64,000 nt of DNA from Aquabacterium sp. Lineage in GTDB: Bacteria; Pseudomonadota; Gammaproteobacteria; Burkholderiales; Burkholderiaceae_C. A program made the translations under genes and the position numbers. The notes beneath the pieces were generated by a model that made no database searches, was not told where the DNA came from, and saw only the letters and a list, made by a program, of their open reading frames with translations. Location: assembly GCA_046295615.1 (NCBI GenBank), contig JBKBMV010000016.1, forward strand, positions 3,703 to 67,702, read 5' to 3'. Below, piece after piece: positions 1 to 12,253 of this stretch. Position 1 is the stretch's first letter. Each line of letters starts with the position of its first letter.

Positions 1-504
1 TCGCCAGCCCAGGGTCTCACCCACCCAGGCGGCCAGCGGCATGCCCGCCACGGAGGCCAGCGACCAGCCCATGAACACAAAGGTGATGTGACGCCCGCGG
101 TGCGCCGGCGTGCTCATGAAGCCGATGGTGGCGGCGGCTTGCGGCGTGAACACCGCGGCGGACAGCACGGTGAGTGCCCGGATGGGCCACAGCCAGTCGT
201 AGCTGGGCGCTGCGGCGCTCAAGGCATGACCGGCGGCGTACCACACCATGGCCAGGGCCAGGAGCTTGCGCCGATCCATGCGCGCCACCAGTGTGGCCAG
301 CACAGGGGCGCCCACCCCCATCATCAAGGCCGCGATGGCCAACAGTTTGCCGGCCTTGGCCACCGTGATGGACAAGGACACGGTGAGGTCGTTGAGCGTC
401 CCGCCCACGACCATGACGCCACAGCCGATCATGAAGTTGCCCGCCAGCAGCGCCCACGATGTGGCCCGCATGCTGTCGCGGCTCAGGGTGCGTTCAGCCT
501 CCAC
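1..504 (-). CDS. MFS transporter (DHA1, AraJ/NepI-like), C-terminus runs off the window
   Basis: Not in the ORF track. Manual translation gives VEAERTLSRDSMRATSWALLAGNFMIGCGVMVVGGTLNDL...ARMDRRKLL...GWSLASVAGMPLAAWVGETLGWR, with MFS motif A-like and motif C-like segments. Start is GTG 504 or ATG 471. Confidence 0.85.
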   Translation of the reverse strand, partial: MEAERTLSRDSMRATSWALLAGNFMIGCGVMVVGGTLNDLTVSLSITVAKAGKLLAIAALMMGVGAPVLATLVARMDRRKLLALAMVWYAAGHALSAAAPSYDWLWPIRALTVLSAAVFTPQAAATIGFMSTPAHRGRHITFVFMGWSLASVAGMPLAAWVGETLGWR

Positions 505-510
505 GATGCG

Positions 511-1518
511 TCAGCGGTGAACTTTCAGCGCCTCGGGGTTGACAATGTTGCTGGGGTTGCCGGCCAGGTAGTTCAGCAGGTTGTCAAAGGCCGCGCTGAA
601 CATGGTGTCGTAGTTGTTCAACTCCACAAAACCGATGTGCGGGGTGCACACCGCATTCTCGAGTCTCAGCAGCGGGTGGCCTTGCAAAATGGGTTCGCTC
701 TCAAACACATCCACGGCGGCCATCCCCGGGCGGCCACGGTTCAAGGCCGCCACCAGGGCACCTTCTTCGATCAACTCGGCGCGAGACGTGTTCACCAGCA
801 GCGACGTGGGTTTCATGCGGCTCAGGTCATCGCTGGTGATGACGCCGCGGGTGTCATCGCTCAGTCGCAAATGCAGGCTCAGCACATCGGCGGCAGCGAA
901 GAACGCTTCGCGGGACGGTGCGGCAATATGCCCGTCTGTCGATGCCGCAGCCCGAGACGCGTCGCTGCCCCACACCACCACGTGCATGCCAAAAGCCTTG
1001 CCATAGCTGGCCACACGTCGGCCCACCCGGCCATACCCCCACACACCCAGGGTCTTGCCCTGCAAGGTCAGCCCCAGACCGAAATTGGTGGGCATCGATG
1101 CCGATTTCAGGCCCGATTGCTGCCACGCACCGTGCTTGAGATTGCCGATGTACTGGGGCAAGCGTCGCATGGCCGCCATCACCAGCGCCCAGGTCAGTTC
1201 CGCCGTGACCACCGGATCGCTGCAGCCTTCGGCCACGGCAATGCCCTGGCGGGTGCACGCCTCAATGTCAATGTGGCTGCCAACAGGGCCCGTCTGACAA
1301 ATCAGGCGCAGCTTCGGCAATTTTTCCAGCAGGGCCTTGGGGAAGTGCGTGCGCTCGCGGATCAGGACCAGAGCCTCGGCGTCACGCAGGCGCACGGCCA
1401 GTTGCCCGATGCCTTTGACGGTGTTGGTGAACACCTTGGCAGACAGGCCGTCCAGTTTCGCAGCGGACGGCAGCTTGCGGACGGCGTCCTGATAGTCGTC
1501 CAGAATGATGATGTTCAT
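511..1518 (-). CDS. D-2-hydroxyacid dehydrogenase family protein (SerA-like)
   Basis: MNIIILDDYQ start, Rossmann GYGRVG, NTSRAELI, DVFESEP and TPHIG catalytic motifs. Confidence 0.92.
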   Translation of the reverse strand: MNIIILDDYQDAVRKLPSAAKLDGLSAKVFTNTVKGIGQLAVRLRDAEALVLIRERTHFPKALLEKLPKLRLICQTGPVGSHIDIEACTRQGIAVAEGCSDPVVTAELTWALVMAAMRRLPQYIGNLKHGAWQQSGLKSASMPTNFGLGLTLQGKTLGVWGYGRVGRRVASYGKAFGMHVVVWGSDASRAAASTDGHIAAPSREAFFAAADVLSLHLRLSDDTRGVITSDDLSRMKPTSLLVNTSRAELIEEGALVAALNRGRPGMAAVDVFESEPILQGHPLLRLENAVCTPHIGFVELNNYDTMFSAAFDNLLNYLAGNPSNIVNPEALKVHR

Positions 1519-1581
1519 GGGAGGGTCAACAGTCAGCCCCCCATTGTGCAACGCCTGTCGGCTTTGTGCCGACAAGGTGCA

Positions 1582-2067
1582 TCACCAAGTCGTGACGTGG
1601 GCGTGACGACGGTCAGTTTGTTTGAATGATCGCACCGGGAAGTGATCGTCCAGGTGATCGATGCGCAACTGGGCTTCAATCTGCCCTCGGTGCATGGCCA
1701 CCGCTGTGAACACATCGGCACGCAGGTGCCACAGTTCGCGCAGCGAGCGAGCCTTTTCGATCTGGTCTCTCACATGATCAGCATGCGCCGATTGCAGATC
1801 CCACAGGGCATTGCGGAACTCCACACGCACCTGATTCATGGGGCTGAGTGCGGGCTCCAGGCCGGTCTCGTCGTCCAGGTCCCACAGCCATTGCCAGGCG
1901 GCACCCACCCAGCGGCGCCATGCGGGCTGGTTGCGAAAGAACAGGGCCGGCGGGGACGTTTCCTGGCGACGAGATTCGGACAGGGGCCCATCGGCGTCGC
2001 GAGACGAATGGGCAGAGGGCTCGGTGTGGCGAGCTTGTGGACCGTCTGAGAGAAAAAAACGCGCCAT
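1582..2067 (-). CDS. Hypothetical protein
   Basis: 161-aa ORF filling the gap in the same direction as its neighbours; helical C-terminal part ARSLRELWHLRADVF. Start uncertain. Confidence 0.65.
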   Translation of the reverse strand: MARFFLSDGPQARHTEPSAHSSRDADGPLSESRRQETSPPALFFRNQPAWRRWVGAAWQWLWDLDDETGLEPALSPMNQVRVEFRNALWDLQSAHADHVRDQIEKARSLRELWHLRADVFTAVAMHRGQIEAQLRIDHLDDHFPVRSFKQTDRRHAHVTTW

Positions 2068-2157
2068 GACAACCTCGGAGTGACAGCGCCACATCCGTGG
2101 CGTTGCAAGAGGTATCGGCAGCGCAGTGAGAGTCTTGAGCGGGCTGGGGTCGGCGAT

Positions 2158-2379
2158 TCAGGCCGCCGCAGGCATGGGCGTCAGCCATTGCACGGCCTGG
2201 GCCGCAGCATGGTGGTGTTTTTTGGCATTGTGAAAAGTCTCACGCGCGCACGACTCGCAACAGCCGCAGCAGGTGGAAACGCCTGTGTCGGCTTGCAGAT
2301 GCTCGAAAGACATGCATCCCTGCTGCACATGGCGAGAAATGTCCTTGTCCGACACTCGATGACACACACACACAATCAT
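2158..2379 (-). CDS. bfd: Bacterioferritin-associated ferredoxin
   Basis: MIVCVC...CCGCC [2Fe-2S] pattern, adjacent to bfr. Confidence 0.92.
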   Translation of the reverse strand: MIVCVCHRVSDKDISRHVQQGCMSFEHLQADTGVSTCCGCCESCARETFHNAKKHHHAAAQAVQWLTPMPAAA

Positions 2380-2412
2380 TCGGGGCTCCAGAGGCGAGTT
2401 GCATGCATTCTC

Positions 2413-2432
2413 TAATAGGAATGATTCGCATG
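2413..2432. promoter_or_regulatory. Fur box upstream of bfd
   Basis: TAATAGGAATGATTCGCAT resembles the Fur 7-1-7 site; AT-rich island about 35-50 bp upstream of bfd. Confidence 0.7.
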
Positions 2433-2478
2433 CAACTCCCATCTGGGTGCCCCTGAGCACAGCAAGGAGACTGACGCC

Positions 2479-2958
2479 TCACGCGTCGGGCGAACCCATG
2501 ATGGACTGCAGGTAGTTCTGCTCGCCGACCTTGCCCACCAACTCGATCTGGGTTTCGAGGAAATCGATGTGCTCTTCGGTGTCGTCCAGGATCATTTGCA
2601 GCAGGTCACGTGACACGTAATCACGAACCGACTCGCAGTGCGCGATCCCGTCCTTGATGGTGGCCTGGGCCGTCGTTTCCAGCTTCAGATCACACGCCAG
2701 GATTTCGGGCACCGACTCGCCAATCAGCAGTTTGCCCAGATCCTGCAAATTGGGCAGCCCATCCAAGGAGAAGATGCGCTCCATCAACTTGTCGGCGTGT
2801 TTCATCTCGCCGATGGATTCTTCGTACTCCTTCTTGGCCAGCTTGTCGAAGCCCCAGTGCTTCAACATGCGGTAGTGCAGAAAGTACTGGTTGGTGGCCG
2901 TCAGCTCGTTCTTGAGTTGAGCGTTCAGGTGCTGGATGACGATGGGGTCGCCTTTCAT
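2479..2958 (-). CDS. bfr: Bacterioferritin
   Basis: MKGD start, [18 protein letters not shown] (heme-ligand Met) and EEHID ferroxidase residues. Confidence 0.97.
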   Translation of the reverse strand: MKGDPIVIQHLNAQLKNELTATNQYFLHYRMLKHWGFDKLAKKEYEESIGEMKHADKLMERIFSLDGLPNLQDLGKLLIGESVPEILACDLKLETTAQATIKDGIAHCESVRDYVSRDLLQMILDDTEEHIDFLETQIELVGKVGEQNYLQSIMGSPDA

Positions 2959-3074
2959 GGTGTGTCCTTTCTGGCGTGGGGTTGTCGCTGTCAGAGGGTT
3001 TGCACATTGTGGTGCATCTTCACGCACCAGGGCGGAGTTTTGTAGCTCAGTGGCGATGGCGGCGGCTCATCAGC

Positions 3075-3090
3075 TATAATCCTAAGGTTT
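3075..3090 (+). promoter_or_regulatory. carA promoter -10 element and predicted start site
   Basis: Perfect TATAAT at 3075-3080, followed by GTTT at 3087. Confidence 0.65.
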
Positions 3091-3237
3091 ACCCGCAACC
3101 ACCCCCCCGCCTAGCGAAACCCGACCGTTTCCTGAACCGGACTCGATCTGTCACGCCCGCGTTCGTGCACCTGCATGGTGTGCGCTGCACGTCGTACAGG
3201 GCCAGCTGGGCGCGCACAACAAACGGAGAAATAACCC

Positions 3238-4431
3238 GTGCTGCCCGTTCTGCCCCAAGCTCTTCTGGCCCTTGCAGACGGCACGGTCTTCGTAGGCACC
3301 TCGATCGGCGCCGCCGGTCATGCCGTTGGTGAAGTCGTATTCAACACCTCCATCACCGGTTACCAAGAGATCCTCACCGACCCGAGCTACTGCCGGCAGA
3401 TCGTCACCCTGACGTATCCGCACATCGGCAACTACGGCGTCAACGGTGAAGACATCGAGGCCTCGAAGATCCATGCCGCTGGTCTGATCATCAAGGATCT
3501 GCCCATCCGCACATCCAACTTCCGTCAGACCCGCACCCTCTCGCAGTACCTGCAAGACGAAGGCACGGTCGGCATCGCCAACATCGACACCCGCCAACTG
3601 ACCCGCATTCTGCGCACCAAGGGTGCACAGAATGGCTGCATCGTGGCACTGGCCGCCGGTCAAGCGGTCACCGATGCCGTGATCGCCGATGCCGTGGCCA
3701 AGGCGAAAGCCGCTCCGAGCATGGCCGGGCAGGATCTGGCGCAGGTGGTCACCCGCACAGACGTGGCGGTGTGGGACGAGACCGAGTGGAAGCTGGCCAA
3801 CCCGGAGTTGGGTGGCAAGCCTGGCTTCGGCAAGCAAACCGCCCCGACGTTCCACGTTGTGGCCTACGACTTTGGTGTGAAGCGCAACATCCTGCGCATG
3901 CTGGCCGAGCGTGGCTGCAAGGTCACCGTGGTGCCCGCCAAGACGCCGGCCGCCGAGGTGCTCAAGCACAACCCGGATGGCATCTTCCTGTCCAACGGCC
4001 CCGGGGACCCGGAGCCCTGCGACTACGCCATCGCCGCCGCCAAGGAACTGATCGAAACCGGCATCCCGACCTTCGGCATCTGCCTGGGTCACCAGATCAT
4101 GGCCCTGGCCTCAGGCGCCAAGACCTACAAGATGCCTTTTGGTCACCACGGTGGCAACCACCCCGTGAAAGACCTGGACACCGGCCGCGTCAGCATCACC
4201 AGCCAGAACCACGGTTTTGCGGTGGACACCAAGACGCTGCCCGCCAACCTGCGCGCCACGCACATCTCGCTGTTCGACGGCACGCTGCAAGGCCTGGCCC
4301 GCACCGACAAGCCCGCGTTCTGCTTCCAGGGTCATCCGGAAGCCTCGCCTGGACCGCACGACATCAGCTATCTGTTCGACCGCTTCGTGTCGCTCATGAC
4401 CACTGCACAAGCGGAGAAGAAGAATGCCTAA
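3238..4431 (+). CDS. carA: Carbamoyl-phosphate synthase small subunit
   Basis: [22 protein letters not shown] and [10 protein letters not shown] motifs. Confidence 0.98.
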   Translation: MLPVLPQALLALADGTVFVGTSIGAAGHAVGEVVFNTSITGYQEILTDPSYCRQIVTLTYPHIGNYGVNGEDIEASKIHAAGLIIKDLPIRTSNFRQTRTLSQYLQDEGTVGIANIDTRQLTRILRTKGAQNGCIVALAAGQAVTDAVIADAVAKAKAAPSMAGQDLAQVVTRTDVAVWDETEWKLANPELGGKPGFGKQTAPTFHVVAYDFGVKRNILRMLAERGCKVTVVPAKTPAAEVLKHNPDGIFLSNGPGDPEPCDYAIAAAKELIETGIPTFGICLGHQIMALASGAKTYKMPFGHHGGNHPVKDLDTGRVSITSQNHGFAVDTKTLPANLRATHISLFDGTLQGLARTDKPAFCFQGHPEASPGPHDISYLFDRFVSLMTTAQAEKKNA

Positions 4432-7400
4432 GCGCACCGACATCAAGAGCATCCTCATCATTGGCGCCGGCCCGATCATCATCGGCCAGGCCTGTGAATT
4501 CGACTACTCCGGCGCCCAGGCTTGCAAGGCCCTGCGCGAAGAGGGCTACAAGGTCATCCTGGTCAACAGCAACCCGGCGACCATCATGACGGACCCGAAC
4601 ACGGCGGACGTCACCTACATCGAGCCCATCACCTGGCAGGTGGTCGAGCGCATCATCGCCAAGGAGCGCCCTGACGCGATCCTGCCAACCATGGGCGGCC
4701 AGACCGCGCTGAACTGCGCGCTCGACCTGCATCGCCATGGCGTGCTGGACAAGTACAAGGTCGAGATGATCGGCGCCAACGAGCACGCGATCGAGAAGGC
4801 CGAAGACCGCCAGAAGTTCAAGGAAGCCATGACCAAGATCGGTCTGGAATCCGCCAAGTCGGGCATCGCCCACTCGATGGAAGAAGCCTGGGCTGTGCAA
4901 AAGCGCATCCAGGCCGAGATCGGCGGCTCGGGCTTCCCCATGGTGATCCGCCCCAGCTTCACGCTGGGCGGCACGGGTGGCGGCATCGCCTACAACCCCG
5001 AAGAGTTCGAAGAGATCTGCAAGCGCGGTCTGGACCTGTCGCCGACCAAAGAACTGCTGATCGAAGAGTCGCTGATCGGCTGGAAAGAGTACGAAATGGA
5101 AGTGGTCCGCGACAAGGCGGACAACTGCATCATCGTGTGCTCGATCGAGAACCTGGACCCGATGGGCATCCACACCGGTGATTCGATCACCGTGGCCCCG
5201 GCTCAAACGCTCACCGACCGCGAATACCAGCTGCTGCGCAACGCTTCGATCGCCATCCTGCGCGAAATCGGCGTGGAAACCGGCGGCTCCAACGTGCAGT
5301 TCTCGATCAATCCCGAGAACGGTCGCATGATCGTGATCGAGATGAACCCTCGTGTGTCGCGCTCGTCGGCCCTGGCCTCCAAGGCCACGGGCTTCCCGAT
5401 CGCCAAGATCGCTGCCAAGCTGTCGGTCGGCTACACGCTGGATGAGCTCAAGAACGACATCACCGGCGGTGCCACCCCGGCTTCGTTCGAGCCCTCGATC
5501 GACTACGTCGTCACCAAGATCCCTCGTTTCGCTTTCGAGAAGTTCCCGGCTGCTGACTCCCGCCTGACCACGCAGATGAAGTCGGTGGGCGAGGTGATGG
5601 CCATGGGCCGCACCTTCCAGGAATCGTTCCAGAAGGCCCTGCGTGGCCTGGAAACCGGCATCGACGGCCTGACCGAGATCAGCACCGACCGCGAAGAAAT
5701 CATCCAGGAGATTGGCGAGCCTGGTCCTGAGCGCATCCGTTTCCTGGGCGATGCCTTCCGCATTGGTATGAGTCTGGACGAGGTCTTTGAAGAAACCCGC
5801 ATCGACCCCTGGTTCCTCGCTCAGATCGAAGACATTGTTCGCACCGAAGCCGACGTCAAGACCCGGAAACTGGAGTCTCTGACCGCGGCCGAGCTGCGTT
5901 ACTTGAAGAAAAAAGGCTTCTCGGATCGTCGCCTCGCCAAGCTGATGGGCACTGACCAGCACGCCGTGCGCAAGGCCCGTCACGCTCTGGGCGTACGCCC
6001 GGTCTACAAGCGCGTCGACACCTGCGCGGCCGAGTTCGCTACGCAGACTGCCTATATGTACTCGTGCTACGAGAACGAAGGCGGCGAGTGCGAAGCCGAA
6101 CCGACGGACAAGAAGAAGATCATGGTGCTGGGCGGTGGCCCGAACCGCATCGGCCAGGGCATCGAGTTTGACTACTGCTGCGTCCATGCAGCACTGGCCA
6201 TGCGCGAAGACGGCTACGAGACCATCATGGTCAACTGCAACCCCGAGACCGTCTCGACTGACTACGACACCTCCGACCGTCTGTACTTCGAGCCCGTGAC
6301 GCTTGAAGACGTGCTCGAGATCGTCGACAAGGAAAAGCCGGTGGGCGTGATCGTGCAGTACGGCGGTCAAACGCCGCTCAAGCTCGCGCTGGATTTGGAA
6401 GCCAACGGCGTGCCCATCATCGGCACCACGCCTGACAGCATCGACATCGCCGAAGACCGTGAGCGCTTCCAGGCCCTGCTGCACAAGCTGGGTCTGAAGC
6501 AGCCGCCCAACCGCACGGCCCGCAACGAAGAAGACGCCATCAAGCTGGCCAACGAGATCGGCTACCCCCTGGTGGTGCGCCCTTCGTATGTGCTGGGTGG
6601 CCGCGCCATGGAAATCGTCCATGGCGACAAGGACCTCGAGCGCTACATGCGTGAAGCCGTGCGGGTGTCCGAGAAGTCGCCCGTGCTGCTCGACCGCTTC
6701 CTGAACGACGCCGTCGAAGTCGACGTGGACTGCGTCAGCGATGGCACCGATGTGATGATCGGTGGCATCATGGAGCACATCGAACAAGCGGGTGTTCACT
6801 CCGGTGACTCGGCCTGCTCGTTGCCTCCGTACACCCTGAGCGCCGAGCTGCAAGACGAGCTGCGCCGCCAGACCGCGCTGATGGCCAAGGCCCTCAACGT
6901 GGTCGGCCTCATGAACGTGCAGTTCGCCATCCAGGGCGACGTTACCAAGGGCCTGAACGACGCCACCGTCTACGTGCTGGAAGTGAACCCACGCGCCTCG
7001 CGCACCGTGCCTTATGTGTCCAAGGCCACGGGGCAGCCGCTGGCCAAGATCGCCGCGCGCTGCATGGCTGGCCAGAAGCTCAAGGACCAGAAGTCGCCAG
7101 ACGGCAAGGCCCCGCGCGAAGTCGTGCCGCCTTACTTCACCGTCAAGGAAGCCGTCTTCCCGTTCAACAAGTTCCCCGGCGTGGACCCCATCCTCGGTCC
7201 GGAAATGCGTTCGACCGGCGAGGTCATGGGCGTGGGCGAAACCTTCGGCGAAGCCATGCTGAAGTCGCAGTTGGGCGCCGGTTCGCGCCTGCCGACCAAG
7301 GGCACGGTCTGCATCTCCGTCAAGGACGGCGACAAGGAGCGTGCTGTGGCTGTGGCCAAGGACCTCGTGGCCCTGGGCTTCAGCGTCGTGGCTACCAAGG

Positions 7401-7699
7401 GCACGGCGGCCGCCATCGCGGAAGCGGGCGTGCCGGTCAAGCCGGTGAACAAGGTCAAGGACGGCCGCCCGCACATCGCGGACGCCATCAAAGCCGGTGA
7501 AATCCAGCTGGTGTTCACCACAGTGGACGAGACCCGCACCGCCATTGCCGACTCGCGCAGCATCCGCCAGGCAGCCCTGGCCAACCGCGTCACCTACTAC
7601 ACCACCATGGCCGGCTGCGAAGCTGCCGTCGAGGCGCTCAAGCACCAGGATGACCTGGTGGTGTACTCGGTGCAGGAACTGCACGCCAAACTGCACTAA
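4424..7699 (+). CDS. carB: Carbamoyl-phosphate synthase large subunit
   Basis: [30 protein letters not shown] start; duplicated ATP-grasp domains. Confidence 0.99.
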   Translation: MPKRTDIKSILIIGAGPIIIGQACEFDYSGAQACKALREEGYKVILVNSNPATIMTDPNTADVTYIEPITWQVVERIIAKERPDAILPTMGGQTALNCALDLHRHGVLDKYKVEMIGANEHAIEKAEDRQKFKEAMTKIGLESAKSGIAHSMEEAWAVQKRIQAEIGGSGFPMVIRPSFTLGGTGGGIAYNPEEFEEICKRGLDLSPTKELLIEESLIGWKEYEMEVVRDKADNCIIVCSIENLDPMGIHTGDSITVAPAQTLTDREYQLLRNASIAILREIGVETGGSNVQFSINPENGRMIVIEMNPRVSRSSALASKATGFPIAKIAAKLSVGYTLDELKNDITGGATPASFEPSIDYVVTKIPRFAFEKFPAADSRLTTQMKSVGEVMAMGRTFQESFQKALRGLETGIDGLTEISTDREEIIQEIGEPGPERIRFLGDAFRIGMSLDEVFEETRIDPWFLAQIEDIVRTEADVKTRKLESLTAAELRYLKKKGFSDRRLAKLMGTDQHAVRKARHALGVRPVYKRVDTCAAEFATQTAYMYSCYENEGGECEAEPTDKKKIMVLGGGPNRIGQGIEFDYCCVHAALAMREDGYETIMVNCNPETVSTDYDTSDRLYFEPVTLEDVLEIVDKEKPVGVIVQYGGQTPLKLALDLEANGVPIIGTTPDSIDIAEDRERFQALLHKLGLKQPPNRTARNEEDAIKLANEIGYPLVVRPSYVLGGRAMEIVHGDKDLERYMREAVRVSEKSPVLLDRFLNDAVEVDVDCVSDGTDVMIGGIMEHIEQAGVHSGDSACSLPPYTLSAELQDELRRQTALMAKALNVVGLMNVQFAIQGDVTKGLNDATVYVLEVNPRASRTVPYVSKATGQPLAKIAARCMAGQKLKDQKSPDGKAPREVVPPYFTVKEAVFPFNKFPGVDPILGPEMRSTGEVMGVGETFGEAMLKSQLGAGSRLPTKGTVCISVKDGDKERAVAVAKDLVALGFSVVATKGTAAAIAEAGVPVKPVNKVKDGRPHIADAIKAGEIQLVFTTVDETRTAIADSRSIRQAALANRVTYYTTMAGCEAAVEALKHQDDLVVYSVQELHAKLH

Positions 7700-7838
7700 A
7701 CTCCGCACCAACGAGCGGAGAGCCCAGGCCCTCCGCTGATGCGAACCAGAGGGCCGCGCCCGGCCACCATCCTTCGGGATGGCCTACCGGGGGCGGCTCT
7801 CGTTCATTCAAGAGATTCTTTTCAAGCGAGACAAAGTC

Positions 7839-8315
7839 ATGTCGACCATTCCTTTGACCAAGCGTGGTGCCGAAATGCTCAAAGACGAGCTGCACCGTCT
7901 GAAGCATGTGGAGCGTCCTGCTGTGGTCAATGCCATCGCCGAAGCGCGCGCCCAGGGCGACCTGTCCGAGAACGCAGAGTACGACGCCGCCAAGGACAAG
8001 CAGGGCTTCATCGAAGGCCGCATCATGGAGATCGAAGGTAAGTTGGCGGCTGCTCAGATCATCGATCCCTCATCGCTGGACGCCGGTGGCCGGGTGGTGT
8101 TTGGCGCCACGGTGGAGTTGGAAGATGAAGACAGTGGCGAAGTCGTGACCTACCAGATCGTGGGCGAGGATGAAGCCGACATCAAGCAAGGCCTCTTGTC
8201 GATCAACTCGCCAATTGCCCGCGCCCTGATTGGCAAGGAAGCCGGTGATGTTGCCACTTTCCAGGCGCCGGGCGGCACCCGGAACTACGAAATCATGTCG
8301 GTGCGCTACGTGTGA
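7839..8315 (+). CDS. greA: Transcription elongation factor GreA
   Basis: GDLSENAEY and [13 protein letters not shown] motifs; follows carB. Confidence 0.97.
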   Translation: MSTIPLTKRGAEMLKDELHRLKHVERPAVVNAIAEARAQGDLSENAEYDAAKDKQGFIEGRIMEIEGKLAAAQIIDPSSLDAGGRVVFGATVELEDEDSGEVVTYQIVGEDEADIKQGLLSINSPIARALIGKEAGDVATFQAPGGTRNYEIMSVRYV

Positions 8316-8815
8316 CGAGCGCCACCATGCAGTCCCCAGGCCGGCTGAGTCGCTGGCAAGCCTGGCTTGCCACCCTGTGGGCGGGTGCGGTGGTGGTCGT
8401 CGGTGGACTGGCCGCGCCGGCCTTGTTCTTGGTATTGCCCCGCGAGTTGGCGGGCTCCGGGGCAGGGCGCATCTTTCACCTTGAAGCACAGCTCAGCCTG
8501 TTCATGGCCGTGCTGATCTTCGTGATGGAGCGCCGTCGTGTGCGCGACGCCGTCGAATCTGGCGCCCAGCAATCGGCCATGTCGGCCACCTTGCTGATGA
8601 CGCTCGTGGTGCTGTTTTTGACCATTTTGGGTCAGCATGTGCTGCATCCGATGATCCAGGCGGCGCGACAAGGGTCGCCATCCGGCTTGTCGTTTGCAGC
8701 GTTGCACGGCCTGTCCGCCGCGCTGTACTGGATCAAAGCCCTCATCTTGCTGGTGATGTCCTGGCGGCTCATGGCCGCCCTGTCGCCAACACCAGCGCAG
8801 CATCTCTCGGCGTGA
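8312..8815 (+). CDS. DUF4149 (TMEM205-like) membrane protein
   Basis: Four hydrophobic segments, AAPALF and FAALHGLS motifs; GTGA overlap with the greA stop. Confidence 0.8.
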   Translation: MTSATMQSPGRLSRWQAWLATLWAGAVVVVGGLAAPALFLVLPRELAGSGAGRIFHLEAQLSLFMAVLIFVMERRRVRDAVESGAQQSAMSATLLMTLVVLFLTILGQHVLHPMIQAARQGSPSGLSFAALHGLSAALYWIKALILLVMSWRLMAALSPTPAQHLSA

Positions 8816-8872
8816 GTGGCCCATCCGATGGCCCTGGGGATGTGGTCGGGCCATCGAACGATACCCTGGCAG

Positions 8873-9346
8873 TCAGCCGCTCTTTTTCTTGCTGCTCAAA
8901 CGTGGTTTAGCGCGCTTGACCAGGCCGCCAGCGGTCACGCGCTGATTGCCCAGCACCTTGACCTTCTTGATCTCCGGGCGACGCGTGCCGCTCTTGGAGA
9001 ACTTGAGGATCTTCACCTCGCGGGGGGGCGCGCCACGGCCTTCACGCGTGGTGTCGGCAGTGTCTTTCTCGGGGATCGGACGCCACAGCACCAGAAGCTT
9101 GCCGATGTGCTGGATCGGGGCGGCGTTCAACTGGTCGCACAATTGCGCGAAGATGGCCTCGCGCGCGGCGCGATCGTCGCCGAGCACGCGAACCTTGATC
9201 AGCCCGTGGGCCTTCAAGGCGGAGTCGGTTTCTTTCACAACGGCAGGCGTCAAGCCGTCGTTGCCAATCATGACAACGGGGTCCAGGTGGTGCGCATCGG
9301 CGCGGTGTGCACGGCGCTCGGCCGTGGTCAGTTCAATTGCAGGCAT
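8873..9346 (-). CDS. yhbY: YhbY/CRM RNA-binding protein with basic C-terminal extension
   Basis: [19 protein letters not shown] and [12 protein letters not shown] motifs. Confidence 0.93.
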   Translation of the reverse strand: MPAIELTTAERRAHRADAHHLDPVVMIGNDGLTPAVVKETDSALKAHGLIKVRVLGDDRAAREAIFAQLCDQLNAAPIQHIGKLLVLWRPIPEKDTADTTREGRGAPPREVKILKFSKSGTRRPEIKKVKVLGNQRVTAGGLVKRAKPRLSSKKKSG

Positions 9347-9363
9347 CCCTCTATTATCGAGCC
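9347..9363. promoter_or_regulatory. Bidirectional -10 element between yhbY and rlmE
   Basis: TATTAT (+, 9352-9357) and GATAAT (-, 9358-9353), each ending 7 nt before an ATG. Confidence 0.65.
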
Positions 9364-10047
9364 ATGAAAGTCCAGACGAAAAGCAAAAAGGTGAATAAGG
9401 CCTGGTTGAATGACCATGTCACTGATCCTTACGTGCGCCAGGCGCAAAAAGAGGGCTACCGGTCGCGTGCCGCCTACAAGCTCAAAGAGATCGACGAAAC
9501 CTTCAAGTTGATCCATCCGGGGCAGCTGGTGGTCGACCTGGGGGCGGTGCCTGGTGCCTGGAGCCAGTACATCCGTCGAAAGTTCGCGCCGAAGGAGGCG
9601 GGGGCGGGTGGTGCAGCGTCGGGTGCCCTCAACGGCACCATCATTGCGCTGGATCTGCTGGAGTTCGAGCCCATCGAGGGAGTTGAGTTCATCCAGGGCG
9701 ACTTCACCGAGCAAAGCGTGCTGGACCAGCTGGAGGCCGCGGTCGGGGGGCGCCCCGTGGATGTGGTGGTGTCGGACATGGCCCCCAATTTGTCAGGCAT
9801 TGCCGACACCGATGCCGCCCGGATTGCCTATCTGATCGAGTTGGCGGTTGATTTTGCAGTTCACCATCTGAAAAAAGATGGTGCTTTGGTGTGCAAGGTC
9901 TTCCACGGTGGCGGCTACGAGGAGTCGGTGGCACGCTTTCGTGAGCACTTCAGGGCGGTCAAGGTCATCAAGCCCAAAGCCTCGCGCGACCGATCCTCCG
10001 AGACGTTTTTGGTGGGGATCGGGCTCAAAAACGTGACAAAACCATGA
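9364..10047 (+). CDS. rlmE: 23S rRNA Um2552 methyltransferase
   Basis: [29 protein letters not shown] and KPKASR motifs. Confidence 0.96.
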   Translation: MKVQTKSKKVNKAWLNDHVTDPYVRQAQKEGYRSRAAYKLKEIDETFKLIHPGQLVVDLGAVPGAWSQYIRRKFAPKEAGAGGAASGALNGTIIALDLLEFEPIEGVEFIQGDFTEQSVLDQLEAAVGGRPVDVVVSDMAPNLSGIADTDAARIAYLIELAVDFAVHHLKKDGALVCKVFHGGGYEESVARFREHFRAVKVIKPKASRDRSSETFLVGIGLKNVTKP

Positions 10048-10120
10048 GCCACCTCAGCAAAGCGGCTCTGAAATGCAGAAATCCGGGGCTTCAAAGGGGA
10101 TTGACAAAAAGCGCAGCGCC

Positions 10121-10148
10121 CTTGTCTGTTCTAGAATGATCCCCACAT
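10121..10148 (+). promoter_or_regulatory. Putative sigma32 (RpoH) promoter of ftsH
   Basis: CTTGTC-N14-CCCCACAT compared with consensus CTTGAA-N13-17-CCCCATnT; ftsH is an established heat-shock gene. Confidence 0.6.
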
Positions 10149-10269
10149 ACCGCGAAAACCAATAGGCTTGTTCGCATGACAGCACGATGGTTTTTTGTGA
10201 ATCCCGTAGCGGTGTGGTGATGCATCCAGCATCAGCCGAGGCGGGTGGGTTTGGGTTGAAGGAGACGCG

Positions 10270-12180
<1,911 letters not shown>

Positions 12181-12203
12181 CCAGCGCGTCAACCATGGAT
12201 CAT

Positions 12204-12230
12204 GCGGGGCTTCGGCCCCGCTTTGCTTTT
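12204..12230 (+). terminator. Intrinsic terminator after ftsH
   Basis: GCGGGGC-TTCG-GCCCCGC followed by TTTGCTTTT. Confidence 0.8.
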
Positions 12231-12253
12231 CAGCGACACAGGAGCATGCTCAG

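Noticed and set aside
4394-7711. 1105-aa antisense ORF opposite carB, and similar ones opposite ftsH, rho and fadD
   Set aside because: Shadow ORFs produced by strong codon bias in GC-rich genes; no recognisable motifs.
10101-10137. TTGACA...TAGAAT sigma70 promoter for ftsH
   Set aside because: The spacer is 25 bp, too long; the sigma32-like pairing fits better.
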